A DNA stretch of 64,000 bases from Actinomycetota bacterium (GCA_041180605.1 JBEGRF010000051.1:36421-100420); one strand, 5' to 3'; counted from the first letter of the stretch, positions 44,052 to 52,449 are shown. Notes: generated by a model from the letters alone, not told the origin. Numbers and translations are program-made.

Positions 44052-45551
44052 GTGACGACGGCAGTGGATTCGCGCGCGACAAGCAGTGTCGGCTCATCGG
44101 CCGTCCCCGCACCGCTCTCGGCGATCGGCCGTTGGCTGACTACCGCAGACCACGTGCGAGTGGGTGCCTCCCTCGTCGTAAGCGCATTCGTCTGGGCGTT
44201 GGTCGCCGGTGCACTCGGTGCCGTCCTCGGCGTAGAGCGGCTCGATGCCGGTTCGGCGCTCGTCGATGCTGATGCGCTGGCACAGCTGTTCTCCCTGCAC
44301 CGCTTTGCGCTCGTGTTCGGGGTGCTCGCTCCGTTGATGCTCGGCGTGTCCGTCTTGACGGTGCCCGCGCAGTTGCACGCTGCCAACCTTTCTGTCCCGC
44401 GATTGGCGGCGTTCGGCTGGTGGGCGTGGCTCGCAGGAAGCATCATCGCACTCGTCTCGTACATCGGCAACGGCGGTCCGGGCGGGGGAGACGGGCGCTA
44501 CGTCGAGACGTATCTGCTCGGTCTCGCCATCGTCATTCTCGGTCTCGTCGCGGTCGCCGTGTCGCTCGCCACCACCGTGCTGACTCGTCGCAACGGCAAC
44601 CGACTCGCCGACATACCGGTCGGCGCATTCGCTGCACTCGTCTCGGCGGTCGGAGTGACCCTCACGTTCCCCGTGGCCCTCGGCACCGTCGCTTACTTGT
44701 GGGTTGATTTCGTCAATGCCCGTGTCGCGTTCGGCGGCGGCGACATGTTCGATTCGTGGCTCGGTTGGTTGATGCGCGAGCCGCAAACGCTGCTCTTGGC
44801 TGCTCCGGCGCTGGGCATCCTGGCGGATGCAGCAGCTCGCACCGCCAAGTCTCGCCAGCCGCTACGCGGAGTAGTGCTCGTCGGTGTAGGAATCTCGGCT
44901 GTCGTCGTCTTCAGTTCAGTGACCCAGCAGGCTCACGTGTTCGCGACGGGGAAGACACCGTTCGAAACCCTGCAATCGTTCGTGCCCTTCGCCCTCTTCA
45001 ACGTGCTTCCGCTGCTCGCACCATGTTTCGTGGTGCTGCTCTCGCTCCTCGCGCTCAAGTCGGGCACGAGCGCTCTTTCTGGCGCATTCGTCGCATCTTT
45101 CCTGGGAGTCGGAATGGTATTCACCGGACTGGTTGGTTCCGCGGCCATGCACCTCGAAGCCCTCGACCTCATCGGCACGGTGTTCGGCGAAGCCACCCTC
45201 GTCTATGTCGTCTACGGCACGGTGCTCGCCGCCGTCGGAGCGATCACCTTGCATGCGGGGGCCGTCACTGGCCGCGCACTTCCGGACACGCCGGTTCTCC
45301 TGCTCGCGCTATCGGGATTCGCCGCCACCGTGCTCGCGTCGCTCCCGCACTTCGTCGCCGGCTTCCTCGATCAGCCGGCAGCAGTAGCAGCCGGTTATGA
45401 CGACTCTGGTTTCGTCGGCATCGCCAACGTGCTCGTCGGCGTAGGCCACGCGCTCATGGCTCTCGTCGTGCTCGCTTTCGCCGGTCTCTTCTTCAAGTCC
45501 CGGCGCGGCGAAGCCGCCACCGACCGATATGCGACGGAGGTGTCTGCATGA
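44052..45551 (+). CDS. Heme-copper oxidase subunit I-like polytopic protein lacking most canonical His ligands
   Basis: 499 aa. Collinear by eye with the window's own ctaD (RWLTTADHVRVG vs SWLFTVDHKKLG; LFSLHRFALVFGVLAP vs MFTMHATTMVFLFVMP). The GHPEVY, HH and HFHY blocks are replaced. Confidence 0.8.
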   Translation: MTTAVDSRATSSVGSSAVPAPLSAIGRWLTTADHVRVGASLVVSAFVWALVAGALGAVLGVERLDAGSALVDADALAQLFSLHRFALVFGVLAPLMLGVSVLTVPAQLHAANLSVPRLAAFGWWAWLAGSIIALVSYIGNGGPGGGDGRYVETYLLGLAIVILGLVAVAVSLATTVLTRRNGNRLADIPVGAFAALVSAVGVTLTFPVALGTVAYLWVDFVNARVAFGGGDMFDSWLGWLMREPQTLLLAAPALGILADAAARTAKSRQPLRGVVLVGVGISAVVVFSSVTQQAHVFATGKTPFETLQSFVPFALFNVLPLLAPCFVVLLSLLALKSGTSALSGAFVASFLGVGMVFTGLVGSAAMHLEALDLIGTVFGEATLVYVVYGTVLAAVGAITLHAGAVTGRALPDTPVLLLALSGFAATVLASLPHFVAGFLDQPAAVAAGYDDSGFVGIANVLVGVGHALMALVVLAFAGLFFKSRRGEAATDRYATEVSA

Positions 45552-46153
45552 GCGTTCCAGCACTCACGGCCGGGCCTGCTCGTCGCACGAGCACGGTCTT
45601 TGTCGCCACCGGATTCGTCTCCGCTGCCGCAGCGGCACTGATGGGCGGGATGCTCGCGATCTGGCTCGACTTTCGTGCAAAGGCTCCGACGCGCATCGCC
45701 GGGGACGGTGCGACAATCATCAAAGACTGGCTGAAGAAAGACATCACGATCCCTGAGGTCGCCGCGAACACGATGATGTTCACCTTCGTCATCGCGTGCG
45801 TGATGGCCCAGTGGGCGGTCTACTCGGGGCGGCGAAACGACAAGTCGCACACCACGCTCGCTCTTGCGGTAACGCTCTTCACGGGCCTCGCGCTGCTCAA
45901 CGTGCAGGCTGCCCTGTGGATGCAGATGGACATCGTGCTGCGCGACGACGCGTACCAGACGATGTTCTATACGGTCACCGGAACGATGTTTGCGCTCATC
46001 GCGAGTGCAGTGGTCTACTCGCTCGTCGCGATGTTCTGGGTGCTCGCCGGTCGAACGAGCGACCACGACGTTCTTGCCGCCCATGCCCTCTATTGGTACG
46101 CGACCTACGGCATCTTTGCCGCCCTCTGGTTCGTCGTCTACGTGCAGAAGTAA
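45548..46153 (+). CDS. Heme-copper oxidase subunit III-like 5-TM protein
   Basis: 201 aa. ATGA overlap with the preceding gene. Aligns by eye with ctaE over its full length (FYTVTGT vs FYTLTGF; ALYWYATYGIFAALWFVVYV vs GLYWHFVDIVWIIIFTLVYL). Confidence 0.75.
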   Translation: MSVPALTAGPARRTSTVFVATGFVSAAAAALMGGMLAIWLDFRAKAPTRIAGDGATIIKDWLKKDITIPEVAANTMMFTFVIACVMAQWAVYSGRRNDKSHTTLALAVTLFTGLALLNVQAALWMQMDIVLRDDAYQTMFYTVTGTMFALIASAVVYSLVAMFWVLAGRTSDHDVLAAHALYWYATYGIFAALWFVVYVQK

Positions 46154-46157
46154 CACC

Positions 46158-47291
46158 ATGTTCAAGGTCGGATCCAAACTCTTCCTCGGTCTCACCGGGT
46201 TCGCAGCGCTCGTCCTCCTCGCGTACATCATCTTCGTCGAACGACTCGCGGTCGGCGGCGTGGCGCTCAGCCTCGTCTTTGCTGCGCTGGTCGGCCTCAC
46301 CTCCATCGTCTTGGCCGTCAACGAGGGTGACGACGAAGTGCAGCCTCGTGATGCGACGCTCACCAGGGCGTCGATGTGGCCGCTGGTCACCGTCGTCGGT
46401 CTCGTGCTCTTCGTGCTCGGGCTCGTCGTTGCGCAGGTGTATTTCGTCTTCGGCATCGTCGTAGTGCTCGCGGCACTCGCGGAATGGATGGTGCAATCGT
46501 GGAGCGAATCGGCGTCAGACGACGTGCTCCACAACGAGTCTGCACGCCGACGCTTGCTCCACCCGATCGAATTCCCCGTGCTCGCGGCACTCGGCCTCGG
46601 CGTCATTCTCTTTTCGTTCTCGCGCATCATGCTCGCCATCTCGAAGAGCTCGGGTGCCGCCATGTTCATCGTGGTGGCCTCGTTGGTGCTATTGGCAGGT
46701 TCGCTCTTTGCACTTCGACCGTCGTTGAAGCCGGCGCTCGTGAGCGGAATCTGCGTCGTCGGCGCCATCGGCATCGTCGCAGGCGGAATCGCTGGCGCCG
46801 GAGCCGGCATGCGCACGGAACTCGCCGAGGCAAAGGAAGAAGGCCACTTTTCTCACCGCGAATGCGGGACGGAAAAGTCGAAGTACTTCGACAAGAAGGC
46901 GATGAAGACGTTGTCCTTGCGCAGCAACGTCGCCGCAGTGATCGAACTTCGCGACGGCAAACTCACGGCCGCAGTGGCCGGGTTCGAAGATCCACAAGAA
47001 ACGATCAGCGTGCCGCGCTCCAACCCCGTCACGTTCATCTTCCGCAACCATGACGACACCGAACGGCGCATGGTTGCCACCCTCGGCACTGCGATGGCCG
47101 CGAGCGCGACGCAAGAGGCCCCGAGCGAGAAGCACGGAGACAGCAACGAGACGTGCACCCAACTCATCCCGAACGGCGCGGAGCAAGGGCTCACCATCAC
47201 GTACAACAAACCCTCGATCGCACAAGAGACTCCCTTCACCCTGAGCGTTCCGGGGCTCGACGGGCAGTACATCGAGGTACTGGTGCCGTGA
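46158..47291 (+). CDS. Polytopic (about 7 TM) membrane protein with ~170-aa C-terminal soluble, beta-rich (cupredoxin-like?) domain
   Basis: ATG 46158 lies 4 nt after the previous stop (MFKVGSKLFLGLTGFAALVLLAYIIFV). C-terminal ...ISVPRSNPVTFIFRNHDDTERRMVATLG...GLTITYNKPS...FTLSVPGLDGQYIEVLVP. The ORF extension from 45990 overlaps the previous gene. Confidence 0.7.
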   Translation: MFKVGSKLFLGLTGFAALVLLAYIIFVERLAVGGVALSLVFAALVGLTSIVLAVNEGDDEVQPRDATLTRASMWPLVTVVGLVLFVLGLVVAQVYFVFGIVVVLAALAEWMVQSWSESASDDVLHNESARRRLLHPIEFPVLAALGLGVILFSFSRIMLAISKSSGAAMFIVVASLVLLAGSLFALRPSLKPALVSGICVVGAIGIVAGGIAGAGAGMRTELAEAKEEGHFSHRECGTEKSKYFDKKAMKTLSLRSNVAAVIELRDGKLTAAVAGFEDPQETISVPRSNPVTFIFRNHDDTERRMVATLGTAMAASATQEAPSEKHGDSNETCTQLIPNGAEQGLTITYNKPSIAQETPFTLSVPGLDGQYIEVLVP

Positions 47292-47344
47292 ATCACGAAC
47301 GAACGAATGCACCTGCCGACCGCCACGGCTTTAGCGTGAGGCGC

Positions 47345-48541
47345 ATGGGTGTGCGGTCGCTCGTGTCCCGAGTTGCGGCCGCACTCGGCCTGCTCGTCGT
47401 CCTTGCCTCGTGCGCCACGGATGCGCCGCAAGACACGTGGCAGCCGAAAGGTCCGAACGCCAAACTGATCGACGATCTCCAACAGCCGATCTTCGCGGTC
47501 GCGGGCATCATCGGCATCATCGTCTTCGCAGTCATCGTGTACGTCATCTGGCGTTACAAGGACCGCGGCCAACCGATTCCCGAGCAGACGCACGGCAAGC
47601 CGGCGCTGGAGATCACGCTTACCGTCATCCCCGCACTCATCCTCGCCGTCGTCGGTGTGTTCACCGTGCGCGCCATCTTCGACCTCGCCCGCACCGACGA
47701 CAGCGAACTCGTCATCAACGTGACCGGGCAGCAGTGGTGGTGGGAATACGACTACCCCGTGCAGAACGAATGGGGAATCACTCAGCCGATCATCACCTCG
47801 GGCCAGTTGGTGATGCCAGCCGGCACGAAGGTGCTCCTGCGCGAGACGAGTCGCGATGTCATCCACTCGTATTGGATCCCCGCGCTGAACGGCAAGCGTG
47901 ACGCGGTCCCTGGACGTATCCATACACTGCGACTCGAGGCCGACGAACCCGGCATCTATGCCGGACAATGCACCGAATTCTGCGGCCTCTCGCATGCAAA
48001 CATGCGCATGGAGGCAGTCGCCCTCTCCAAGGAAGACTTCGCCGCGTGGGTAGCCAACCAGCAGGCTGCGTACACGTCACCTGCAGAAGGCACGCTGGCC
48101 AAAGAAGGCGAATCGGTGTTCCTCAACCAGTGCGTACGCTGCCACCAAGTCAACGGCTTGAAGCGCGCCGACGGCACGCTTGCGATCGCCGCACCCGACG
48201 AGAACGTGTGGTCGGGTGCCGCCCCGAACTTGAGCAAATTGATGACTCGCAACACGTTCGCGGGGGCGATGTTCGACCTCCTGCGAGATGCATGCCGCGA
48301 CGACGTGTGGAAGTCCGCAAGCGCTGACTTCGGGGCGAAATACCTCGCTGGCGTCGACGAAACGTGCCTCAACGTCACCGACCTGCGCGCATGGTTGCGC
48401 AATGCGCCGGCCGAGAAGCCGATGTACTCGAATCCGGCACTTCTCACCGAGACGAACGGCAAGTACCGCGGCATGCCGAATCTCGGCCTGAGCGAATCCG
48501 ACATCGACAAACTCGTCGCATACCTGCTCACGCTGAAATAG
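47345..48541 (+). CDS. ctaC: Cytochrome c oxidase subunit II with fused C-terminal cytochrome c domain (caa3 type), lipoprotein signal
   Basis: Lipobox LVVLASC. CuA site CTEFCGLSHANM (47969-48004). Heme c motif CVRCH (48131-48145). An alternative start at GTG 47288 overlaps the upstream stop (GTGA). Confidence 0.92.
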   Translation: MGVRSLVSRVAAALGLLVVLASCATDAPQDTWQPKGPNAKLIDDLQQPIFAVAGIIGIIVFAVIVYVIWRYKDRGQPIPEQTHGKPALEITLTVIPALILAVVGVFTVRAIFDLARTDDSELVINVTGQQWWWEYDYPVQNEWGITQPIITSGQLVMPAGTKVLLRETSRDVIHSYWIPALNGKRDAVPGRIHTLRLEADEPGIYAGQCTEFCGLSHANMRMEAVALSKEDFAAWVANQQAAYTSPAEGTLAKEGESVFLNQCVRCHQVNGLKRADGTLAIAAPDENVWSGAAPNLSKLMTRNTFAGAMFDLLRDACRDDVWKSASADFGAKYLAGVDETCLNVTDLRAWLRNAPAEKPMYSNPALLTETNGKYRGMPNLGLSESDIDKLVAYLLTLK

Positions 48542-48550
48542 GAGGAAGAG

Positions 48551-50581
48551 ATGGCCATCATTGAACGCCCCGCCCCGACGACGGTTCCGGCGCTCGTACC
48601 AGCGGCCCCCGCCATCACGCCCACCCGCACCTTCGGCGCGCTGCGACGACCCGTCACGAGTACCGGTTGGAAGTCGTGGCTGTTCACCGTCGACCACAAG
48701 AAACTCGGGCTCATGTACGGCGCAATGGCGCTCTTTTTCTTTCTCGTCGGCGGCATCGAGGCGGTGCTCATCCGCCTGCAGCTAGCCGCCCCCGACGGCA
48801 AGGTGCTGAACGCCGACCTCTACAACCAGATGTTCACTATGCACGCCACGACGATGGTGTTCTTGTTCGTGATGCCGATGGCGGCAGGATTCGCCAACTA
48901 TTTCGTACCGTTGCAGATCGGTGCTCGAGACGTCGCGTTCCCGCGCATCAACGCGTTCGGTTTCTGGTGCGTACTGGGCGGCGGCATCGTCGTCAACCTC
49001 GCGTGGTTCCTCGGCGGAGCCGCCGACGGCGGATGGTTCATGTACGCGCCGAATTCTGGCCCGGTGTTCTCACCGAGCCACGGCGTCGACTTCTGGGCGC
49101 TCGGATTGCAGATTGCCGGCATCGCCTCACTGACTGGCGCCATCAACTTGATCGTCACCGTGCTCAACATGCGTGCACCGGGCATGACACTCATGAAGAT
49201 GCCGGTCTTCACGTGGATGATCACGGTGGTGCAGTTCCTCCTTCTGTTCGCCGTGCCGGTGATCACCGTCGCCCTCTTCTTGCTCACCTTCCAACGAATG
49301 TTCGGCGCACAATTCTTCGACGTCGCGGCCGGAGCCGACCCGCTCCTGTGGCAGCACCTCTTCTGGATCTTCGGCCACCCAGAGGTGTACATCCTGGTTC
49401 TCCCGTCATTCGGCATCATCTCCGAAGTGCTGCCGGTGTTCAGCCGCAAGCCGCTCTTTGGGTATCCCTTCGTCGTCTTCTCCGGTGCCGCCATCGGCTT
49501 CGTCGGTTGGGGAGTGTGGGCCCACCACATGTTCGCCTCCGGTCTTGGGCCCGTGTCGGTCGCAGTGTTCAGCGTCGCCACCATGGCGATTGCCGTCCCG
49601 ACGGGCGTCAAGATCATCAATTGGACGCTCACCATGTGGGGCGGCAAGTTGGTGTTCTCCACCCCGATGAAATTCGCCATCGGTCTCGTCGTGTTGTTCA
49701 CCATCGGCGGCCTCTCCGGCGTCACCCACTCCGTCGCACCGAGCGACACCCAACAGACCGACACCTATTACATTGTCGCCCACTTCCACTACGTGCTGTT
49801 CGGCGGCGCGATCTTCGGCATCTTCTCCGGCTTCTACTACTGGTGGCCCAAGATGTTCGGCAAGATGCTCAACGAGCGCCTCGGCTCATGGAACTTCTGG
49901 CTCATGGTCATCGGCATGAACCTCACCTTCGGCCCGATGCACATCCTCGGACTGCAGGGCCAACCGCGCCGCATGTACGTGTGGACCGAAGCCCGCGCCG
50001 GCGAAGGCTTCTTCAACCTGGCGTTCTGGAATCTCGTCGCGTCGCTCGGCTCGATCGTCCTCGCAGTCGGAGTGCTGTTCTTCCTCATCAACATCGTGGT
50101 GACGGCCCGCAACAAGACGCGCGCCCCGCTTGACCCGTGGAATGCGCGAAGTCTCGAGTGGATGACCGCGAACCCGCCCAAAGAGCACAACTTCGACTCG
50201 ATTCCGCACGTGCATCACTTGGACGAGTTCTTCCACCGCAAGTACGAAGAAGACCCGACCACCCACACCATGCGCGAGGTCGCGTCGGCCGAGCAAGTAC
50301 TCGCCGAGCTCGAGCGCAACGCCGACCATCACATCCACATGCCGTCGCCGTCTTACTGGCCGATCGTGCTCGCATCCGGCCTCCCGATCGTCGCGCTCGG
50401 GGCGATCTATTCGATTCCAGTCGCCATCGTGGGTGCGGTCGTCATCTTGTACGCGATGTACGGATGGGCACTCGAGCCGTCGGTGGCCCCGGAGAGTGAC
50501 TTCGATCCGGCGTCAGGCAACGGAACTTCCGCAAACGGCGCGTCGGGCAGCGGGCATGCCCTCGGAGCAAGTCATGGCTGA
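48551..50581 (+). CDS. ctaD: Cytochrome c oxidase subunit I with ~110-aa C-terminal extension (two extra predicted TM helices)
   Basis: 676 aa after GGAGGAAGAG. WLFTVDHKKLGLMY, WQHLFWIFGHPEVYILVLP, WAHHMFASG, VAHFHYVLFGG. Tail ...HIHMPSPSYWPIVLASGLPIVALGAIYSIPVAIVGAVVILYAMYGW. Confidence 0.96.
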   Translation: MAIIERPAPTTVPALVPAAPAITPTRTFGALRRPVTSTGWKSWLFTVDHKKLGLMYGAMALFFFLVGGIEAVLIRLQLAAPDGKVLNADLYNQMFTMHATTMVFLFVMPMAAGFANYFVPLQIGARDVAFPRINAFGFWCVLGGGIVVNLAWFLGGAADGGWFMYAPNSGPVFSPSHGVDFWALGLQIAGIASLTGAINLIVTVLNMRAPGMTLMKMPVFTWMITVVQFLLLFAVPVITVALFLLTFQRMFGAQFFDVAAGADPLLWQHLFWIFGHPEVYILVLPSFGIISEVLPVFSRKPLFGYPFVVFSGAAIGFVGWGVWAHHMFASGLGPVSVAVFSVATMAIAVPTGVKIINWTLTMWGGKLVFSTPMKFAIGLVVLFTIGGLSGVTHSVAPSDTQQTDTYYIVAHFHYVLFGGAIFGIFSGFYYWWPKMFGKMLNERLGSWNFWLMVIGMNLTFGPMHILGLQGQPRRMYVWTEARAGEGFFNLAFWNLVASLGSIVLAVGVLFFLINIVVTARNKTRAPLDPWNARSLEWMTANPPKEHNFDSIPHVHHLDEFFHRKYEEDPTTHTMREVASAEQVLAELERNADHHIHMPSPSYWPIVLASGLPIVALGAIYSIPVAIVGAVVILYAMYGWALEPSVAPESDFDPASGNGTSANGASGSGHALGASHG

Positions 50582-51170
50582 GACTGCAGTGGCCCACGAC
50601 ACCCACGCGACGAGCACCGGGCTCTCCAACGTGAAGCTCGGCATGTGGCTCTTCCTCGGCTCAGAGTGCCTGCTATTCGGCGGACTGATCTCCACCTACA
50701 TGCTCTATCGCGGTCGAGTCGCCAATGGCCCGACGCCCGAGCAGGTGTACGACATCCCATTCACGTCAGTCAGCAGCTTCGTGCTGCTCATGAGCTCGCT
50801 CACGATGGTGCTCGCGGTCACTGCAGCCCACAAGAAAGACGATCGCAACACGAACCTGTGGCTCACCGTTACCGCTTTGCTCGGCGCCACGTTTGTCGGC
50901 GGCCAGGTGTACGAGTTCACCGCCTTCTACAACGAAGGCCTTGGTTTCACCACCAGCCTCTTTGGCTCGAGCTTCTACACCCTCACCGGCTTCCACGGCG
51001 TCCACGTCACCGTCGGCATCATCATGCTGCTCGCACTCGTGGCGATCAACAAGCGCAGCCGCGTGCCGGGCAGCAAATCGGAGACTGTCGAGATGATCGG
51101 CCTCTACTGGCACTTCGTCGACATCGTCTGGATCATCATCTTCACTCTCGTGTACCTCATTCCGGTCTGA
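50574..51170 (+). CDS. ctaE: Cytochrome c oxidase subunit III (short, 5-TM form)
   Basis: ATG 50574 overlaps the ctaD end. FYTLTGFHGVHVTVGIIML, GLYWHFVDIVWIIIF. Confidence 0.92.
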   Translation: MAETAVAHDTHATSTGLSNVKLGMWLFLGSECLLFGGLISTYMLYRGRVANGPTPEQVYDIPFTSVSSFVLLMSSLTMVLAVTAAHKKDDRNTNLWLTVTALLGATFVGGQVYEFTAFYNEGLGFTTSLFGSSFYTLTGFHGVHVTVGIIMLLALVAINKRSRVPGSKSETVEMIGLYWHFVDIVWIIIFTLVYLIPV

Positions 51171-51172
51171 TC

Positions 51173-51475
51173 ATGACGACATCGACGCCGACCCACGCCG
51201 AGCACGGCATGTCCACTCGCGGCTACGTCAATATCGCGGTCATCTTGGCGGCCATCACTGCACTCGAGGTCTCCACGTACTACGTGGACTTCGGCCCGCT
51301 CTTCTTGCCGGCATTGCTCATCATGATGGTGGTCAAGTTCTTCATGGTCGTCAGTTACTTCATGCATCTCAAGTTCGACAACAAGATCTTCAGTTGGCTG
51401 TTCTACGCGGGCTTGTTCCTCGCAGTCAGCGTGTACGTTGCGGCTCTCGCGACATTCCATTTCTTCCTGCGCTGA
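51173..51475 (+). CDS. ctaF: Cytochrome c oxidase subunit IV (prokaryotic COX4 type)
   Basis: ATG 51173 lies 2 nt after the ctaE stop. 100 aa, 3 TM. ...YVNIAVILAAITALEVSTYYV...KFFMVVSYFMHLKFD... Confidence 0.85.
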   Translation: MTTSTPTHAEHGMSTRGYVNIAVILAAITALEVSTYYVDFGPLFLPALLIMMVVKFFMVVSYFMHLKFDNKIFSWLFYAGLFLAVSVYVAALATFHFFLR

Positions 51476-51483
51476 GCACGCAC

Positions 51484-52416
51484 ATGCACGCGCCGGTCGC
51501 ACTGCTCGCAGAGTCGGCTGATCTTCTCGCCAGCCCGTGGCGTTTCCAGGCGCACCCCGAGGTGTGGCTGCTCGTCGCGTTCGTGGTTGCTTCGTGGTGG
51601 TATGCGCTCACATTCATCGGCCCGCACACGCCGGAGGTGCGTGCCGGCGGGCCACTCGTGACGGCGCGCCAAAAGAGGCTCTTTGTTCTCGCGGTGATCG
51701 TGCTGTGGTTGGCGTCTGATTGGCCGATTCACGACATCAGCGAGGAATACCTCTATGCCGTGCACATGTTCCAGCACATGGCGCTGTCGTACTTCTTGCC
51801 GCCGCTCGTGCTGCTCTCGATGCCGACCTGGCTGTTTCGGGCGGTCATCGGTTCGCAACGTGTCGGCCGTGCCATCCGCTGGTTCGCCAAGCCGGTCGTT
51901 GCAGGACTGGTCTTCAACGTCATGGTGATGGTCACGCACATCCCCGCACTCGTCAACCGCAGTGTGTCGAACGCCCCGCTCCACTATTCGCTGCACGTCG
52001 GACTGGTCGTCTCTGCGCTGTTGATGTGGACGCCGGTGGCCGCGCCCGACCCTGCGATGCGCATCGGATATGGCGGGCGGATGATCTATCTCTTCCTCAT
52101 GTCGGTGGTACCAACGGTTCCGGCCGCATGGCTCACCTTTGCGGAGGGTGCCGTCTACAAGCACTACGACATCGCGGTCCGTGTTTGGGGTCTCTCCGTG
52201 ACGACCGACCAACAGATTGCCGGCGCGATCATGAAGGTCGGTGGCTCGATCTTCTTGTGGTCGATTGTCGTCTTCTTGTGGTTCAGGCGCTTCATGGCCG
52301 GATACGGCGAAGGCCAGAGCTATGTGCGCAACCCCGAGCCCTCGCTCACCTACGAAGAAGTCACGCGGGAATTCGAGCGCGTTCCGGCGCATCCAGAGCC
52401 TCGCCGCGACGGCTGA
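51484..52416 (+). CDS. ctaG: Cytochrome c oxidase assembly factor CtaG (caa3_CtaG family, polytopic)
   Basis: ATG 51484. ...EYLYAVHMFQHMALSYFLPPLVLLSMP..., HIPALVN, DQQIAGAIMKVGGSIF. Confidence 0.85.
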   Translation: MHAPVALLAESADLLASPWRFQAHPEVWLLVAFVVASWWYALTFIGPHTPEVRAGGPLVTARQKRLFVLAVIVLWLASDWPIHDISEEYLYAVHMFQHMALSYFLPPLVLLSMPTWLFRAVIGSQRVGRAIRWFAKPVVAGLVFNVMVMVTHIPALVNRSVSNAPLHYSLHVGLVVSALLMWTPVAAPDPAMRIGYGGRMIYLFLMSVVPTVPAAWLTFAEGAVYKHYDIAVRVWGLSVTTDQQIAGAIMKVGGSIFLWSIVVFLWFRRFMAGYGEGQSYVRNPEPSLTYEEVTREFERVPAHPEPRRDG

Positions 52417-52449
52417 GTCGCGCCCGTCAAACGCCGATTCGCGTCCTCT

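Noticed and set aside
45395-46816. 473-aa minus-strand ORF across the oxidase-like cluster.
   Set aside because: It is antisense to three same-strand, translationally coupled + strand genes. The product is Ser/Thr/Ala/Arg-rich with no TM or domain logic.
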